Assembly: GCA_026195905.1 (NCBI GenBank)
Contig: JAPHRE010000040.1
Coordinates: 1,363 to 65,362 of the forward strand
DNA from: Pseudopelagicola sp.
Lineage (GTDB): Bacteria > Pseudomonadota > Alphaproteobacteria > Rhodobacterales > Rhodobacteraceae
Direction: 5' to 3'
DNA: 64,000 nucleotides
Position 1 is the stretch's first letter; every line of letters starts with the position of its first letter. Under the pieces are notes generated by a model that was not told the DNA's origin, did no database searches, and saw nothing but the letters and a program-made list of their open reading frames with translations. This document shows, one piece after another, positions 1-9,085 of the stretch. The position numbers were made by a program, and so were the translations under genes.

Positions 1-480
1 GGTTTTTGCGCCATTTAGGACATAGACATCACGCCCATCTATGGTTTTTCGAACTGCCCGCGTGCGCAAATTCGCAACGTCCGACCCGCCACCCGGTTCT
101 GTGATCGCGAGCGCAGAGATTTTTCGCCCCGCCAGCACCTCCGGCACCACCCGCCGCCGAAGCGCGTCCGACCCGAAGCGCACCACCGGCGGCAAACCTA
201 TGTCGAGCGATCCGAGGCTCGCGGCGAGACCGCCAGAGCCAGCTCGCATGAGCTCTTCTACCCAAACAAGTTTCTGAAACACGCCTCCCTCTGATCCACC
301 GAGGCTCTCGGGATACCCTATTCCTAATAAACCGGCCTCGCCCGCCTTTCGGTAGAGGTCGCGCGGGAACTGGCCCGCCGCCTCCCAGTCTTCTACGTAG
401 GGTTTGATTTCGCGCGCCACAAAACGGCGCGCAGACTCGCGCACGATGGCGTGGGTTTCATCAAAGTAACTCAGCGGCAT
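1..480 (-). CDS. Acyl-CoA dehydrogenase, 5' part (runs off the window edge)
   Basis: Manual translation from ATG at 480: MPLSYFDETHAIVRESARRFVAREIKPYVEDWEAAGQFP...ALAITEPGGGSDVANLRTRA...YVLNGAKT. It contains the ACAD TEPxxGSD motif. Not in the ORF track because it is open at the edge. Confidence 0.9.
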   Translation of the reverse strand, partial: MPLSYFDETHAIVRESARRFVAREIKPYVEDWEAAGQFPRDLYRKAGEAGLLGIGYPESLGGSEGGVFQKLVWVEELMRAGSGGLAASLGSLDIGLPPVVRFGSDALRRRVVPEVLAGRKISALAITEPGGGSDVANLRTRAVRKTIDGRDVYVLNGAKT

Positions 481-547
481 TTCCTGTCATCCCGATCTTG
501 ATCACGCCCTCAGCCTCCATGACCCAACGTCACTCGAAGCCAAGCCA

Positions 548-565
548 ACCAAGCGCTTGCTTGGT
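548..565. promoter_or_regulatory. Palindromic operator candidate (ACCAAGC-gctt-GCTTGGT), TetR-family-like
   Basis: Perfect 7-bp inverted repeat in the divergent promoter region between the ACAD gene and the BKACE operon. Confidence 0.5.
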
Positions 566-656
566 ATACTGTTTGATCTCTAGTCTCAAAGCAACACTTT
601 CCCAAACCCTCGCCGCATCTTTGGAGACGTTGGGATTGATTTGAGAGGACAAGGCC

Positions 657-1511
657 ATGTCAGACAAAGTCGTCATCACGTGCGCTGTCACCGGCGTGCT
701 TACCAATCCGCAACAACACCCCGTGCCGGTGTCCCCGCAAGAGATGGCCCAAGCATCGCGCGAAGCATATGATGCGGGCGCGTCCGTGATTCATATGCAC
801 TTTCGCCAGCAAGCGGCCGGAAAAGGGCACCTCATGAGCTGGGATCCGGCGCTTGCAACGGAAATCGCCGACGCTGTGCGCGCTGCGTGTCCGGGGGTTA
901 TCCTCAACTTCACCACCGGAACGATGGAGCGCGATCAAAGTGGCCCAATCGCGTGTATGCGCGCGGCCAAACCTGAAATAGCGGCCTGTAATGCCGGAAG
1001 CCTGAATTACCTCAAGACAAAATCGGATGGCACTTGGGCGTGGCCCCCGATGCTATTTCAGAACCCGGTTGAAAAGATATCAGAGCTGCTCGACGTCATG
1101 TCAGAGACCGGCACGCGGCCAGAATTTGAGTGTTTCGATGTCGGCATCGTTCGATCTGTCGAGATGTTTCGACAGGTCGGCATGGTCGATCAGGCCGATA
1201 TCAACCTCGTGATGGGCGTGGCATCGGGAATGCCGTGTGATGCGGATCTCCTGCCTTTGATACGCAAATACATGGCAAAGGATGTTCGGTGGCAGGCGAC
1301 GCTGATCGGGCGAGATGAAATTTGGCCGGTGCATCGGCGCGTTGCAGAATTGGGCGGTCATTTACGCACCGGAGTCGAAGATACCTTCTACCTACCGGAC
1401 GGGCAGCGCACATCGGGCAACGGTCCATTGATAGAAGCCCTTGCCAAGACCGCTCAGGAAACCGGGCGCAGCATTGCCTCGCCGGAAGAGACCCGCGCGC
1501 TGTTCCTGTGA
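657..1511 (+). CDS. Beta-keto acid cleavage enzyme (BKACE/DUF849, 3-keto-5-aminohexanoate cleavage family)
   Basis: VVITCAVTG start, IHMHFR metal motif, EIAACNAGSLN, PEFECFDVG, HLRTGVEDT. Confidence 0.92.
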   Translation: MSDKVVITCAVTGVLTNPQQHPVPVSPQEMAQASREAYDAGASVIHMHFRQQAAGKGHLMSWDPALATEIADAVRAACPGVILNFTTGTMERDQSGPIACMRAAKPEIAACNAGSLNYLKTKSDGTWAWPPMLFQNPVEKISELLDVMSETGTRPEFECFDVGIVRSVEMFRQVGMVDQADINLVMGVASGMPCDADLLPLIRKYMAKDVRWQATLIGRDEIWPVHRRVAELGGHLRTGVEDTFYLPDGQRTSGNGPLIEALAKTAQETGRSIASPEETRALFL

Positions 1512-1535
1512 TCTGCACCCAAAAAAGGGGATAAA

Positions 1536-3143
1536 ATGCCGAAACTCACAAGCCAACTCGACCCGCAATCACCAACATTCGGGGCAAATGCAGCCGCCAT
1601 GCAGGCTCAGGTCGATCTCTTCCGCAGCATCGAAGCTCAGGTTGAAGACGCGGCGGAATCCATGCGGGACCGCTATGAAAAGCGCGGCTACCTTATGCCT
1701 CGCGACCGCTTGAACCTTTTGCTTGACCCCGGCGCGCCCTTTCTCGAGCTAGGCGCGCTTGCGGGCTACAAGATGTATGATGACAAAGATGGCACAGGGG
1801 CAGGCGCGGGCTGTATCGCGGGAATAGGCTATGTGTCGCGCACGCGGGCGCTTGTTATCGTGGACAACTTCGCCGTCAAAGGCGGCACGATTTCTCCGGT
1901 AGGATTGCGCAAAAAACTCCGGCTTCAGGAAATCGCGCTTGAGAACAAACTTCCTGTCATAACCCTTGCCCAGTCGGGCGGTGCAAACCTCGCTTATGCG
2001 GCGGATATATTCGTCGAAGGCGGACGGGCTTTCGCCAATCAAGCTCGTATGTCCGCCGCTGGCCTGCCGCAAATCACGGTGGTGCATGGCTCTGCAACGG
2101 CAGGCGGAGCCTATCAACCGGGATTGTCGGACTACATTATCATGGTCAAACAACAAGCAACCACCTATCTCGCTGGTCCACCACTACTCAAGGCGGCGAC
2201 AGGAGAAATCGCAACCGATGAAGACCTCGGTGGCGCGGAGATGCACACGCAAATCTCTGGTGTCGGCGATTACCTCGCACAGGACGATGCGGACGGAATC
2301 CGTATTGCACGCGAGATCATGGCAAGCCTTAGCTGGGACGCCCCGGCGGGCGCAGCGGATAAGGTCAGCCCCCCCGCCTACCCCCCAGAGGACTTACTGG
2401 GTATCGTGCCAGTTGATGCGAAACAGCCCTATGATTGCCGCGAAATCATCGCACGGATCGCCGATGGATCAGAGTTCCTTGATTTCAAGCCAGATTACGA
2501 CACCCAAACAATCTGCGGTCATATCCGCATTGAAGGGCACGTGTGCGGTGTGATTGCGAATAACGGCCCTATAACGGCCCCCGGCGCGGCAAAAGGCGGG
2601 CAGTTTATTCAGCTTTGCGAACAAGCGGGCATTCCCATCTTGTTCTTGCACAATATCACCGGGTTTCTCGTTGGCACCGACCCCGAGCGCAATGGCATTA
2701 TCAAACACGGCGCCAAGATGATCCAAGCCGTCGCCAATGCACGCGTGCCAAAAATTTCAATCAATGTGGGCGGGTCATATGGTGCGGGAAACTATGCGAT
2801 GTGCGGCCGCGGCTTTGATCCTCGCTTCTTGTTCTCCTGGCCCAATAGCCGCACGGCCGTGATGGGCGGGGCACAGGCAGGCATGGTGTTGCGCATCGTC
2901 ACCGAAGCCAAAATGGCTAAGGCGGGCGCCATAGATGATGCGAAACTCGCCGCGATGGAGGCCCAGACCCGAGAGATGATGGATCGCCAGACCACCGCGC
3001 TCGCCTCGACCGCGCGGCTAGAAGATGATGGCCTGATTGACCCGCGCGATACGCGACGGGTTCTGGCCTATGTGCTCGACATTTGCCGCGAGGCCGATAC
3101 GCGCGCCCTGCGGGAAAACAGCTTTGGCATTGCTCGGTTCTGA
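1536..3143 (+). CDS. Acyl-CoA carboxylase beta subunit (AtuC/geranyl-CoA carboxylase-like)
   Basis: RDRLNLLLDPGAPFLE, SGGANL, GGAEMH, GGSYGAGNYAMCGR carboxyltransferase motifs. Confidence 0.9.
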   Translation: MPKLTSQLDPQSPTFGANAAAMQAQVDLFRSIEAQVEDAAESMRDRYEKRGYLMPRDRLNLLLDPGAPFLELGALAGYKMYDDKDGTGAGAGCIAGIGYVSRTRALVIVDNFAVKGGTISPVGLRKKLRLQEIALENKLPVITLAQSGGANLAYAADIFVEGGRAFANQARMSAAGLPQITVVHGSATAGGAYQPGLSDYIIMVKQQATTYLAGPPLLKAATGEIATDEDLGGAEMHTQISGVGDYLAQDDADGIRIAREIMASLSWDAPAGAADKVSPPAYPPEDLLGIVPVDAKQPYDCREIIARIADGSEFLDFKPDYDTQTICGHIRIEGHVCGVIANNGPITAPGAAKGGQFIQLCEQAGIPILFLHNITGFLVGTDPERNGIIKHGAKMIQAVANARVPKISINVGGSYGAGNYAMCGRGFDPRFLFSWPNSRTAVMGGAQAGMVLRIVTEAKMAKAGAIDDAKLAAMEAQTREMMDRQTTALASTARLEDDGLIDPRDTRRVLAYVLDICREADTRALRENSFGIARF

Positions 3144-3154
3144 GGGAGGACATC

Positions 3155-4333
3155 ATGCTAGAAACACAAGAACACAAAGACCTGCGAATGACGGTGCGCC
3201 GGTTTGTGCAAACCGAGATCAACCCCCATTGCGCGGCTTGGGAAAAGGCCGGGGCCATGCCCTTGCGCGAGATATTTGCCAAACTCGGGGCGCTTGGCCT
3301 GCTTGGCATTTCTCGCCCGGACGCCTATGGCGGGCTCGCCTTGGACTATAGTTTCGAGACGATATTCGCCGAAGAACTTGGGGGTGGGCACGCCGGAGCC
3401 ATCGGTATGGCCGTTGGCGCACATACGAACATGGCCGTCCCTGCCTTGGCCCGCCACGGTAGCGATGCCCTGCGCGCCGAGTTTCTGACTCCTGCAATCG
3501 CAGGCGAAAAAATCGCGTCTATCGCCGTTTCCGAACCACATGCTGGATCCGACGTAGCCGCAATTCGCACGCACGCCGAGAGTGATGGAGACGACTACGT
3601 TATCAATGGTCAAAAGATGTGGATCACCAACGCGACGCAGGCCGACTTTTTCTGTCTTCTCGCCAATACGGGCGATGCCGACAAGCACCGCAATAAATCG
3701 CTCATTATCGTTCCCTCGGACACGCCTGGTGTGAGCGTAGGCGCGCCGCTTGAAAAGCTCGGCATGCGCGGCTCGGATACTGCGCCCGTTTTCTTTGACA
3801 CCGTACGCGTGCCCAAGCGTTTTTGCATTGGCGAGGAGGGCATGGGCTTTGCCTATCAAATGCAGCAATTTCAGGAAGAGCGCCTCTTTGGGGCGGCCAT
3901 GACGATCAAAGGGTTGGAGCTATGTGTAAGCGCGACGATTGACTATACGCGCGACCGTCACGCCTTTGGCAAACCGATCCTCGACAATCAGCTTGTGCAT
4001 TTTCAATTGGCGGAAATGCAAACAGAGGTCGAGGCCCTGCGCGCCCTCACCTATAGCGCGACCGAGGCGTATGTCGCTGGCGAGGATGTGACGCTGTTGG
4101 CCTCTATGGCCAAACTCAAGGCTGGTCGGTTGGCCCGCACGGTCCCCGATCAATGTCTGCAGTTTTGGGGCGGCATGGGCTTCATGGAAGACAGCCTCGT
4201 CAACCGTCTCTACCGAGACCTTCGCATCGTTCCAATCGGCGGCGGCGCGGATGAGGTCATGCAGGGTATCATCTGCAAGATGATGGGGATTGCACCCGGC
4301 CGTGGGGAGATCAAAGGGGGAAGACATGGCTAA
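3155..4333 (+). CDS. Acyl-CoA dehydrogenase (AtuD/citronellyl-CoA dehydrogenase-like)
   Basis: SEPHAGSDV, QFQEERL, CLQFWGGMGF, IGGGADEVM. The start was moved to the ATG at 3155, which follows a GGAGGA RBS. Confidence 0.88.
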   Translation: MLETQEHKDLRMTVRRFVQTEINPHCAAWEKAGAMPLREIFAKLGALGLLGISRPDAYGGLALDYSFETIFAEELGGGHAGAIGMAVGAHTNMAVPALARHGSDALRAEFLTPAIAGEKIASIAVSEPHAGSDVAAIRTHAESDGDDYVINGQKMWITNATQADFFCLLANTGDADKHRNKSLIIVPSDTPGVSVGAPLEKLGMRGSDTAPVFFDTVRVPKRFCIGEEGMGFAYQMQQFQEERLFGAAMTIKGLELCVSATIDYTRDRHAFGKPILDNQLVHFQLAEMQTEVEALRALTYSATEAYVAGEDVTLLASMAKLKAGRLARTVPDQCLQFWGGMGFMEDSLVNRLYRDLRIVPIGGGADEVMQGIICKMMGIAPGRGEIKGGRHG

Positions 4334-6329
4334 ATTTGAAAAGATCCTGATCGCCAATCGTGGCGAAATCGCGGTTCGAATTATCCGCACCGCGCACGAC
4401 ATGGGCTTTCGCACCGTTGCGGTCTATTCCGACCCCGACAGCACGGCCCCGCATGTCAGTGCCGCGGATGAGGCCGTGCGCATTGGCCCCGGACCTGTCG
4501 CCCAAAGCTATCTTTGCGTAGAAGCCATCCTTGAGGCCGCACGTCGGACTGGTGCCGAAGCAGTGCATCCAGGCTATGGATTTCTATCCGAAAACGCTGA
4601 TTTCGCGCGCGCATGCGCCGACGCCGGTCTAACATTCATCGGCCCCTCGCCCGACGCAATTGCCCTTATGGCCTCCAAGCGTCTCTCCAAGCAGGCGATG
4701 ATTGATGCCGGTGTCCCGTGCATCCCCGGCTACCAAGGCGCAGATCAAACGGATGCGACCCTTCTTGAAGAAGCAGAGCGCATTGGCTTCCCCCTGATGA
4801 TCAAGGCGTCGGCCGGTGGTGGCGGACGTGGGATGCGCATTGTGTCAACGCCGCAATCCGTCTTAGAAAACCTAAATACGGCGCGTTCCGAGGCTCTATC
4901 AGCCTTTGGCTCGGAGGAACTCATTCTCGAACGCGCCATACGTGGCGGGCGTCATATTGAGGTGCAGATATTTGCCGACACTCTAGGCAATATTGTGCAC
5001 CTTGGCGAACGGGATTGCTCAATCCAACGCCGCCATCAGAAAGTTGTTGAAGAATCCCCCTCGCCCTTCGTCTCGCCAGACTTGCGCGAACGACTAGGCG
5101 AAGCCGCGACTCAAGCCGCGCGCGCCTGTGGCTATTGCGGGGCCGGAACCGTGGAGTTCCTTGTAGACGCGCAAGGCGCCTTCTACTTTCTTGAAATGAA
5201 CACCCGCCTTCAGGTTGAACACCCGGTAACCGAAGAGGTCACGGGACAAGATTTGGTGGCTTGGCAATTGCGTGTTGCCTTGGGAGAGCCGCTACCGCTT
5301 CGACAAGAGGAGATAGCGATGTCCGGCTGGGCGATGGAGGTTCGACTATATGCCGAAGACCCGCAATCCGGCTTTATGCCACAAACCGGCCGAATCGCTC
5401 ATTGGCACCCGGCTGAGGGCAATGGACTGCGTATTGATGCCGGGATCATCGAGGGCCAAACTGTTTCGCCTTACTACGACCCGATGCTGGCCAAGCTTAT
5501 TGCTCATGGGGCAACCCGCGAAGACGCCCGCCGCAAACTCGCGCGTGCCATTGAGGATACGGCACTTCTGGGCCTGAAGAGCAACAAGGCGCTCTTGTCT
5601 CGCATACTACGCCACCCCGTGTTCCAAGAAGGCGCGGCCACAACCGATTTCCTCGGAACACATTTCGCTCAAGACCTCAGCACGATCGCCAGCCCCCCTA
5701 CGATCGAGAGCCGTACACTCGCGGTTGCGCTATTGCATATGCGTTCTGGCATAAGGGCCTCTGGATCGTGCGAGACCATAGACTGGCGCAATTCTCCCCC
5801 CTCTCCGTGGCGCTATGAGCTGGCTTGCAACGATCAATCCAGCACGTTGACGCTTATCCCCGAACGGGCCAACGGGCGCATGCGCTACAAGGTGCGTGAT
5901 GGCGACGACACCGAGACCATCGAGATACTCGATACCACCGCCAATAGCTGTGCCTATGTCATCGGCGGCATCCGAAAAATGATCCGTTTTGCCTATGACC
6001 ATGCCCAAGTGCATCTTGGCGATGCGCTGGGTCATGTGACATTTCGAGACATCACCCAGCAGCCTAAAAACAACGAGGACACATCCGGGACTGGACAGAT
6101 TCTCGCTCCGATGGACGGTGCGATTGTCGCGATCTTCGGTGCCGAGGGCGATCAGGTATCGCGCGGCGAGACCATTGCCGTTCTGGAGGCGATGAAAATG
6201 GAGCGCCCTCTCGTCGCCGATACCGACGGCACCCTGACCACCCTAGCCGTCATAAAGGGCGATCAAGTGCGCATTCGTCAACACCTCGCCACAATATCCC
6301 CCAACACGGACATGGACACCCAAGCATGA
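4326..6329 (+). CDS. Acyl-CoA carboxylase alpha subunit, biotin carboxylase plus biotin carrier (AtuF-like)
   Basis: ILIANRGEIA, HPGYGFLSEN, EMNTRLQVEHPVTE, C-terminal EAMKM biotinylation motif. Confidence 0.92.
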   Translation: MAKFEKILIANRGEIAVRIIRTAHDMGFRTVAVYSDPDSTAPHVSAADEAVRIGPGPVAQSYLCVEAILEAARRTGAEAVHPGYGFLSENADFARACADAGLTFIGPSPDAIALMASKRLSKQAMIDAGVPCIPGYQGADQTDATLLEEAERIGFPLMIKASAGGGGRGMRIVSTPQSVLENLNTARSEALSAFGSEELILERAIRGGRHIEVQIFADTLGNIVHLGERDCSIQRRHQKVVEESPSPFVSPDLRERLGEAATQAARACGYCGAGTVEFLVDAQGAFYFLEMNTRLQVEHPVTEEVTGQDLVAWQLRVALGEPLPLRQEEIAMSGWAMEVRLYAEDPQSGFMPQTGRIAHWHPAEGNGLRIDAGIIEGQTVSPYYDPMLAKLIAHGATREDARRKLARAIEDTALLGLKSNKALLSRILRHPVFQEGAATTDFLGTHFAQDLSTIASPPTIESRTLAVALLHMRSGIRASGSCETIDWRNSPPSPWRYELACNDQSSTLTLIPERANGRMRYKVRDGDDTETIEILDTTANSCAYVIGGIRKMIRFAYDHAQVHLGDALGHVTFRDITQQPKNNEDTSGTGQILAPMDGAIVAIFGAEGDQVSRGETIAVLEAMKMERPLVADTDGTLTTLAVIKGDQVRIRQHLATISPNTDMDTQA

Positions 6330-6986
6330 GCATTACCCTGTGGCACTGTATCGACACGCGCTCGTTTCGTCCCCTTCTGGGCGCTAGAAGAAATCGGGAT
6401 CGACTATCAACTAGAGGTCTTGCCGTTTCCACCGCGCGCGCGCCATAAACCCTTCTTTGACATCAACCCTCTTGGCACCGTGCCTTTTCTGCGTGACGGC
6501 GAGACCGCCATGACCGAGAGTTCTGCGATCTGCCAATATCTTGCAGATCGTTACGCCCCAGAGTTTGGCGTCGCGATTGAGCACCCTGAGTATGGTGCCT
6601 ATCTCAACTGGCTCCACCAAAGCGAAGCAACCCTTACCTTCCCACAGGCCCTCATGATGCGATATGGTGTATTTGAACCGGATGGCCGCAAACAGCCTCA
6701 GGTCGCGGCAGACTACAGGGCGTGGTATCTTGCTCGCCTGAGGTGGCTCGACCGACACCTCGCAGATCACGAATGGCTCGCTGCGGATCGCTTCACTGTC
6801 GCAGATATCGCCGTGGGCTATGCGCTCCACCTCGGAGACTTTACAGGCGCGGCGACGGATTACGCCCCGCCGACCCGCGCGTATTTGGATCGCCTCAAAG
6901 CCCGCGAGGGATTTATGCGCGCGCAGGCGCGGCAGGCTGAAGCGGATGGCAACGGCGCAGGCTCGGCCTTTCCACAACCAAGCTAG
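6326..6986 (+). pseudogene. Glutathione S-transferase with a +1 frameshift near 6371-6377 (pseudogene or sequencing error)
   Basis: An ATG overlapping the upstream stop (ATGA) gives MSITLWHCIDTRSFRPL. The GST continuation WALEEIGIDYQLEVLPFPP...NPLGTVP...TESSAICQYL lies one base out of frame. Confidence 0.8.
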
Positions 6987-7147
6987 ACGCAAACACCGCG
7001 ACGGATCTATTCCCCCGCCTTATCCTTTGTCCGTGGCTGTCATGCGGCGGAGAAATCGACCCGACTGATGGCTTGTGCGCCTCGCAAGAGCATGATTGAT
7101 ACCCTAAGCCATCTTTGGCGCTCACATTCCCATAGGGTCCATACGCG

Positions 7148-7525
7148 ATGCGACATGCCTTCAAAGCAACCAGATGGCGCGGGTGCGTCGGAAAAGAACG
7201 CGCGGCGCTCATAGCCACGGCGCTCATAGCTGTGCTGATTGCCTACCTGACACTTACAGATGCGCCGAATGGGCCGGGTGGCCTGCCCCATCTGGACAAG
7301 CTCTATCATCTGATCGCGTTTTTCTGCCTTGTTTTGCCCTGTGCGCTTTTTCACCAACGCAGCCTGATCTGGCTCATTCCGTCCGCTATCTCCTTGGCTG
7401 GTTTGATCGAAATTATACAGCCCTATGTCGGTCGTGAGGGCGATTGGCTCGATTTTTTTGCTGATATTGTCGGCGTTGGCCTCGGGTTCTTGCTCGGCCA
7501 TACATTGCGCCGCTCTAAGTCCTAA
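7148..7525 (+). CDS. VanZ-family membrane protein
   Basis: DKLYHLIAF, IEIIQPYVGREGDWLDFFADIVG; hydrophobic throughout. Confidence 0.75.
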   Translation: MRHAFKATRWRGCVGKERAALIATALIAVLIAYLTLTDAPNGPGGLPHLDKLYHLIAFFCLVLPCALFHQRSLIWLIPSAISLAGLIEIIQPYVGREGDWLDFFADIVGVGLGFLLGHTLRRSKS

Positions 7526-7555
7526 CAGCGTCAGGCCGCATACCCTAATCCGACA

Positions 7556-8758
7556 TCACCCTTTTAGAGTGCCGCCTTGCTCTGCAAAGGGTATATCCCT
7601 GCGCCCTGCGCCTGAGACGCCTTTGCCCGCGTCAACACAATCATCATGGATATCCGCAAACCCATCTCCAATCGCGCGGCCAAACCGTCTGAAGTGGCGC
7701 ACAATTGCATACTTTAGCGCGTAGCAGCCAAGGACAAACACCATAAGCCAGGTAAACGCCAACCCGTTATCGTGAATAGTCACAATTCCGATGCCAGCGG
7801 GAAGCGCAACCAATGGGAAAAGAATAATCGTCGTCAAAGGATTTGCTACGGCCTTGCTACCGTGGTGGTGCAAATTGGGTTCAATCGCCCGCATGATGAC
7901 ATGGTGAAAATGTAGCTTGTCCGGCGCACCAATCGGGGCTTTTTTTAAGACCCTGCGCCCGACTGCAGCCAGCGTGTCCATGAAAGGCCAGAAGACCGTC
8001 AAAAGCACCGACCAGCACGAGACATCTGGGTTCCGTGCGATCAGGAACACCCCCGCCCATGCAATCAGAAAGCCCACCAAATAGGCTCCGGCGTCCCCAA
8101 GAAAGAGCTTACCATACGGATAGTTCACGAAAAGCACCCCGAACACGGCGGCACCGACGCTTCCCGCCATTGCAGCAACAGGGTAGTCCCCAACGCTTAT
8201 CGCCATCAAGGTAAGTGAGCCTGCCGCCACAAGCGATATGCAAATCGCAAGCCCGTTCACACCGTCCACGAGATTGAACGCATGACACATCGCGGCCGTG
8301 ACAAAAATCGTAAAAAGCGCGCTCACAATATAAAATCCAAGCAGGTAATCCACACCCGGTGCAACGCCGGCATGGATCGTTTGCTTGGTCAAAAGCACCA
8401 TTATCAAGCCACTGAGCATGGCGGCAAAAAGACGATTTTTCGGGCTCGCATGAAACCCTGTATCCTCCATGAAACCGCCCAAGAACACGGGAACCGCAGC
8501 GAGAAGACCATACCAAAGAAGTCCGCCGTGCATATCTTGGGAGAAGTAAGCGCCAACAAAGAGTCCGGCAAGAACGGCCGCCCCACCAATGCGTGGTGTA
8601 GGAGCGTCATGCGCGCTTTGTATCGCCAAACCGCCATGCCCTTTGGCGGTCCGGTGGATATGCTTGGCCCGCGTCATAACGATCACGATGGACACTACGA
8701 GACTCGTCATGAAGACAGGAAGAAAGGAAATATACTGAGTTTCTAGAAACTGTGTCAT
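7556..8758 (-). CDS. MraY/WecA-family undecaprenyl-phosphate sugar-1-phosphate transferase
   Basis: TPRIGG, GFMEDT, FNLVDGVNGL, LFLGDAGAY, PDKLHFHH. The start is assumed at MTQF. Confidence 0.88.
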   Translation of the reverse strand: MTQFLETQYISFLPVFMTSLVVSIVIVMTRAKHIHRTAKGHGGLAIQSAHDAPTPRIGGAAVLAGLFVGAYFSQDMHGGLLWYGLLAAVPVFLGGFMEDTGFHASPKNRLFAAMLSGLIMVLLTKQTIHAGVAPGVDYLLGFYIVSALFTIFVTAAMCHAFNLVDGVNGLAICISLVAAGSLTLMAISVGDYPVAAMAGSVGAAVFGVLFVNYPYGKLFLGDAGAYLVGFLIAWAGVFLIARNPDVSCWSVLLTVFWPFMDTLAAVGRRVLKKAPIGAPDKLHFHHVIMRAIEPNLHHHGSKAVANPLTTIILFPLVALPAGIGIVTIHDNGLAFTWLMVFVLGCYALKYAIVRHFRRFGRAIGDGFADIHDDCVDAGKGVSGAGRRDIPFAEQGGTLKG

Positions 8759-9085
8759 CGTGACATTACACTTTGCGAAATCAATAAAACCGGATGCGCA
8801 CACGCGTTGCACTCAACCCAAAGCAGTAACAAAGATCCATGTCAAACTTGTGTCGTGCATTTATAGGCGTGATACTGCCGTCGGTCCGCCCGCACTCAGG
8901 AGTGCTCTAGGCTGCAGCGCGGAAACAATCTTAGGTAGATTTCCCTAATTTATCGCAAAATCACAAACAGTTGGGCGCGATCACACCCTCATAGACTCCG
9001 CAAGAATCGCCCCGCCGAACAGGCGTGTGGGCTCAAGCACATCCTCTTTGGGCTATGCGCTCTGCGATCAGCCCCGCAAAGCGGG

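Noticed and set aside
8834-8846. GATCCATGTCAAA identical to part of the ctaD FNR box
   Set aside because: The left half-site is AAGAT rather than TTGAT; probably chance.
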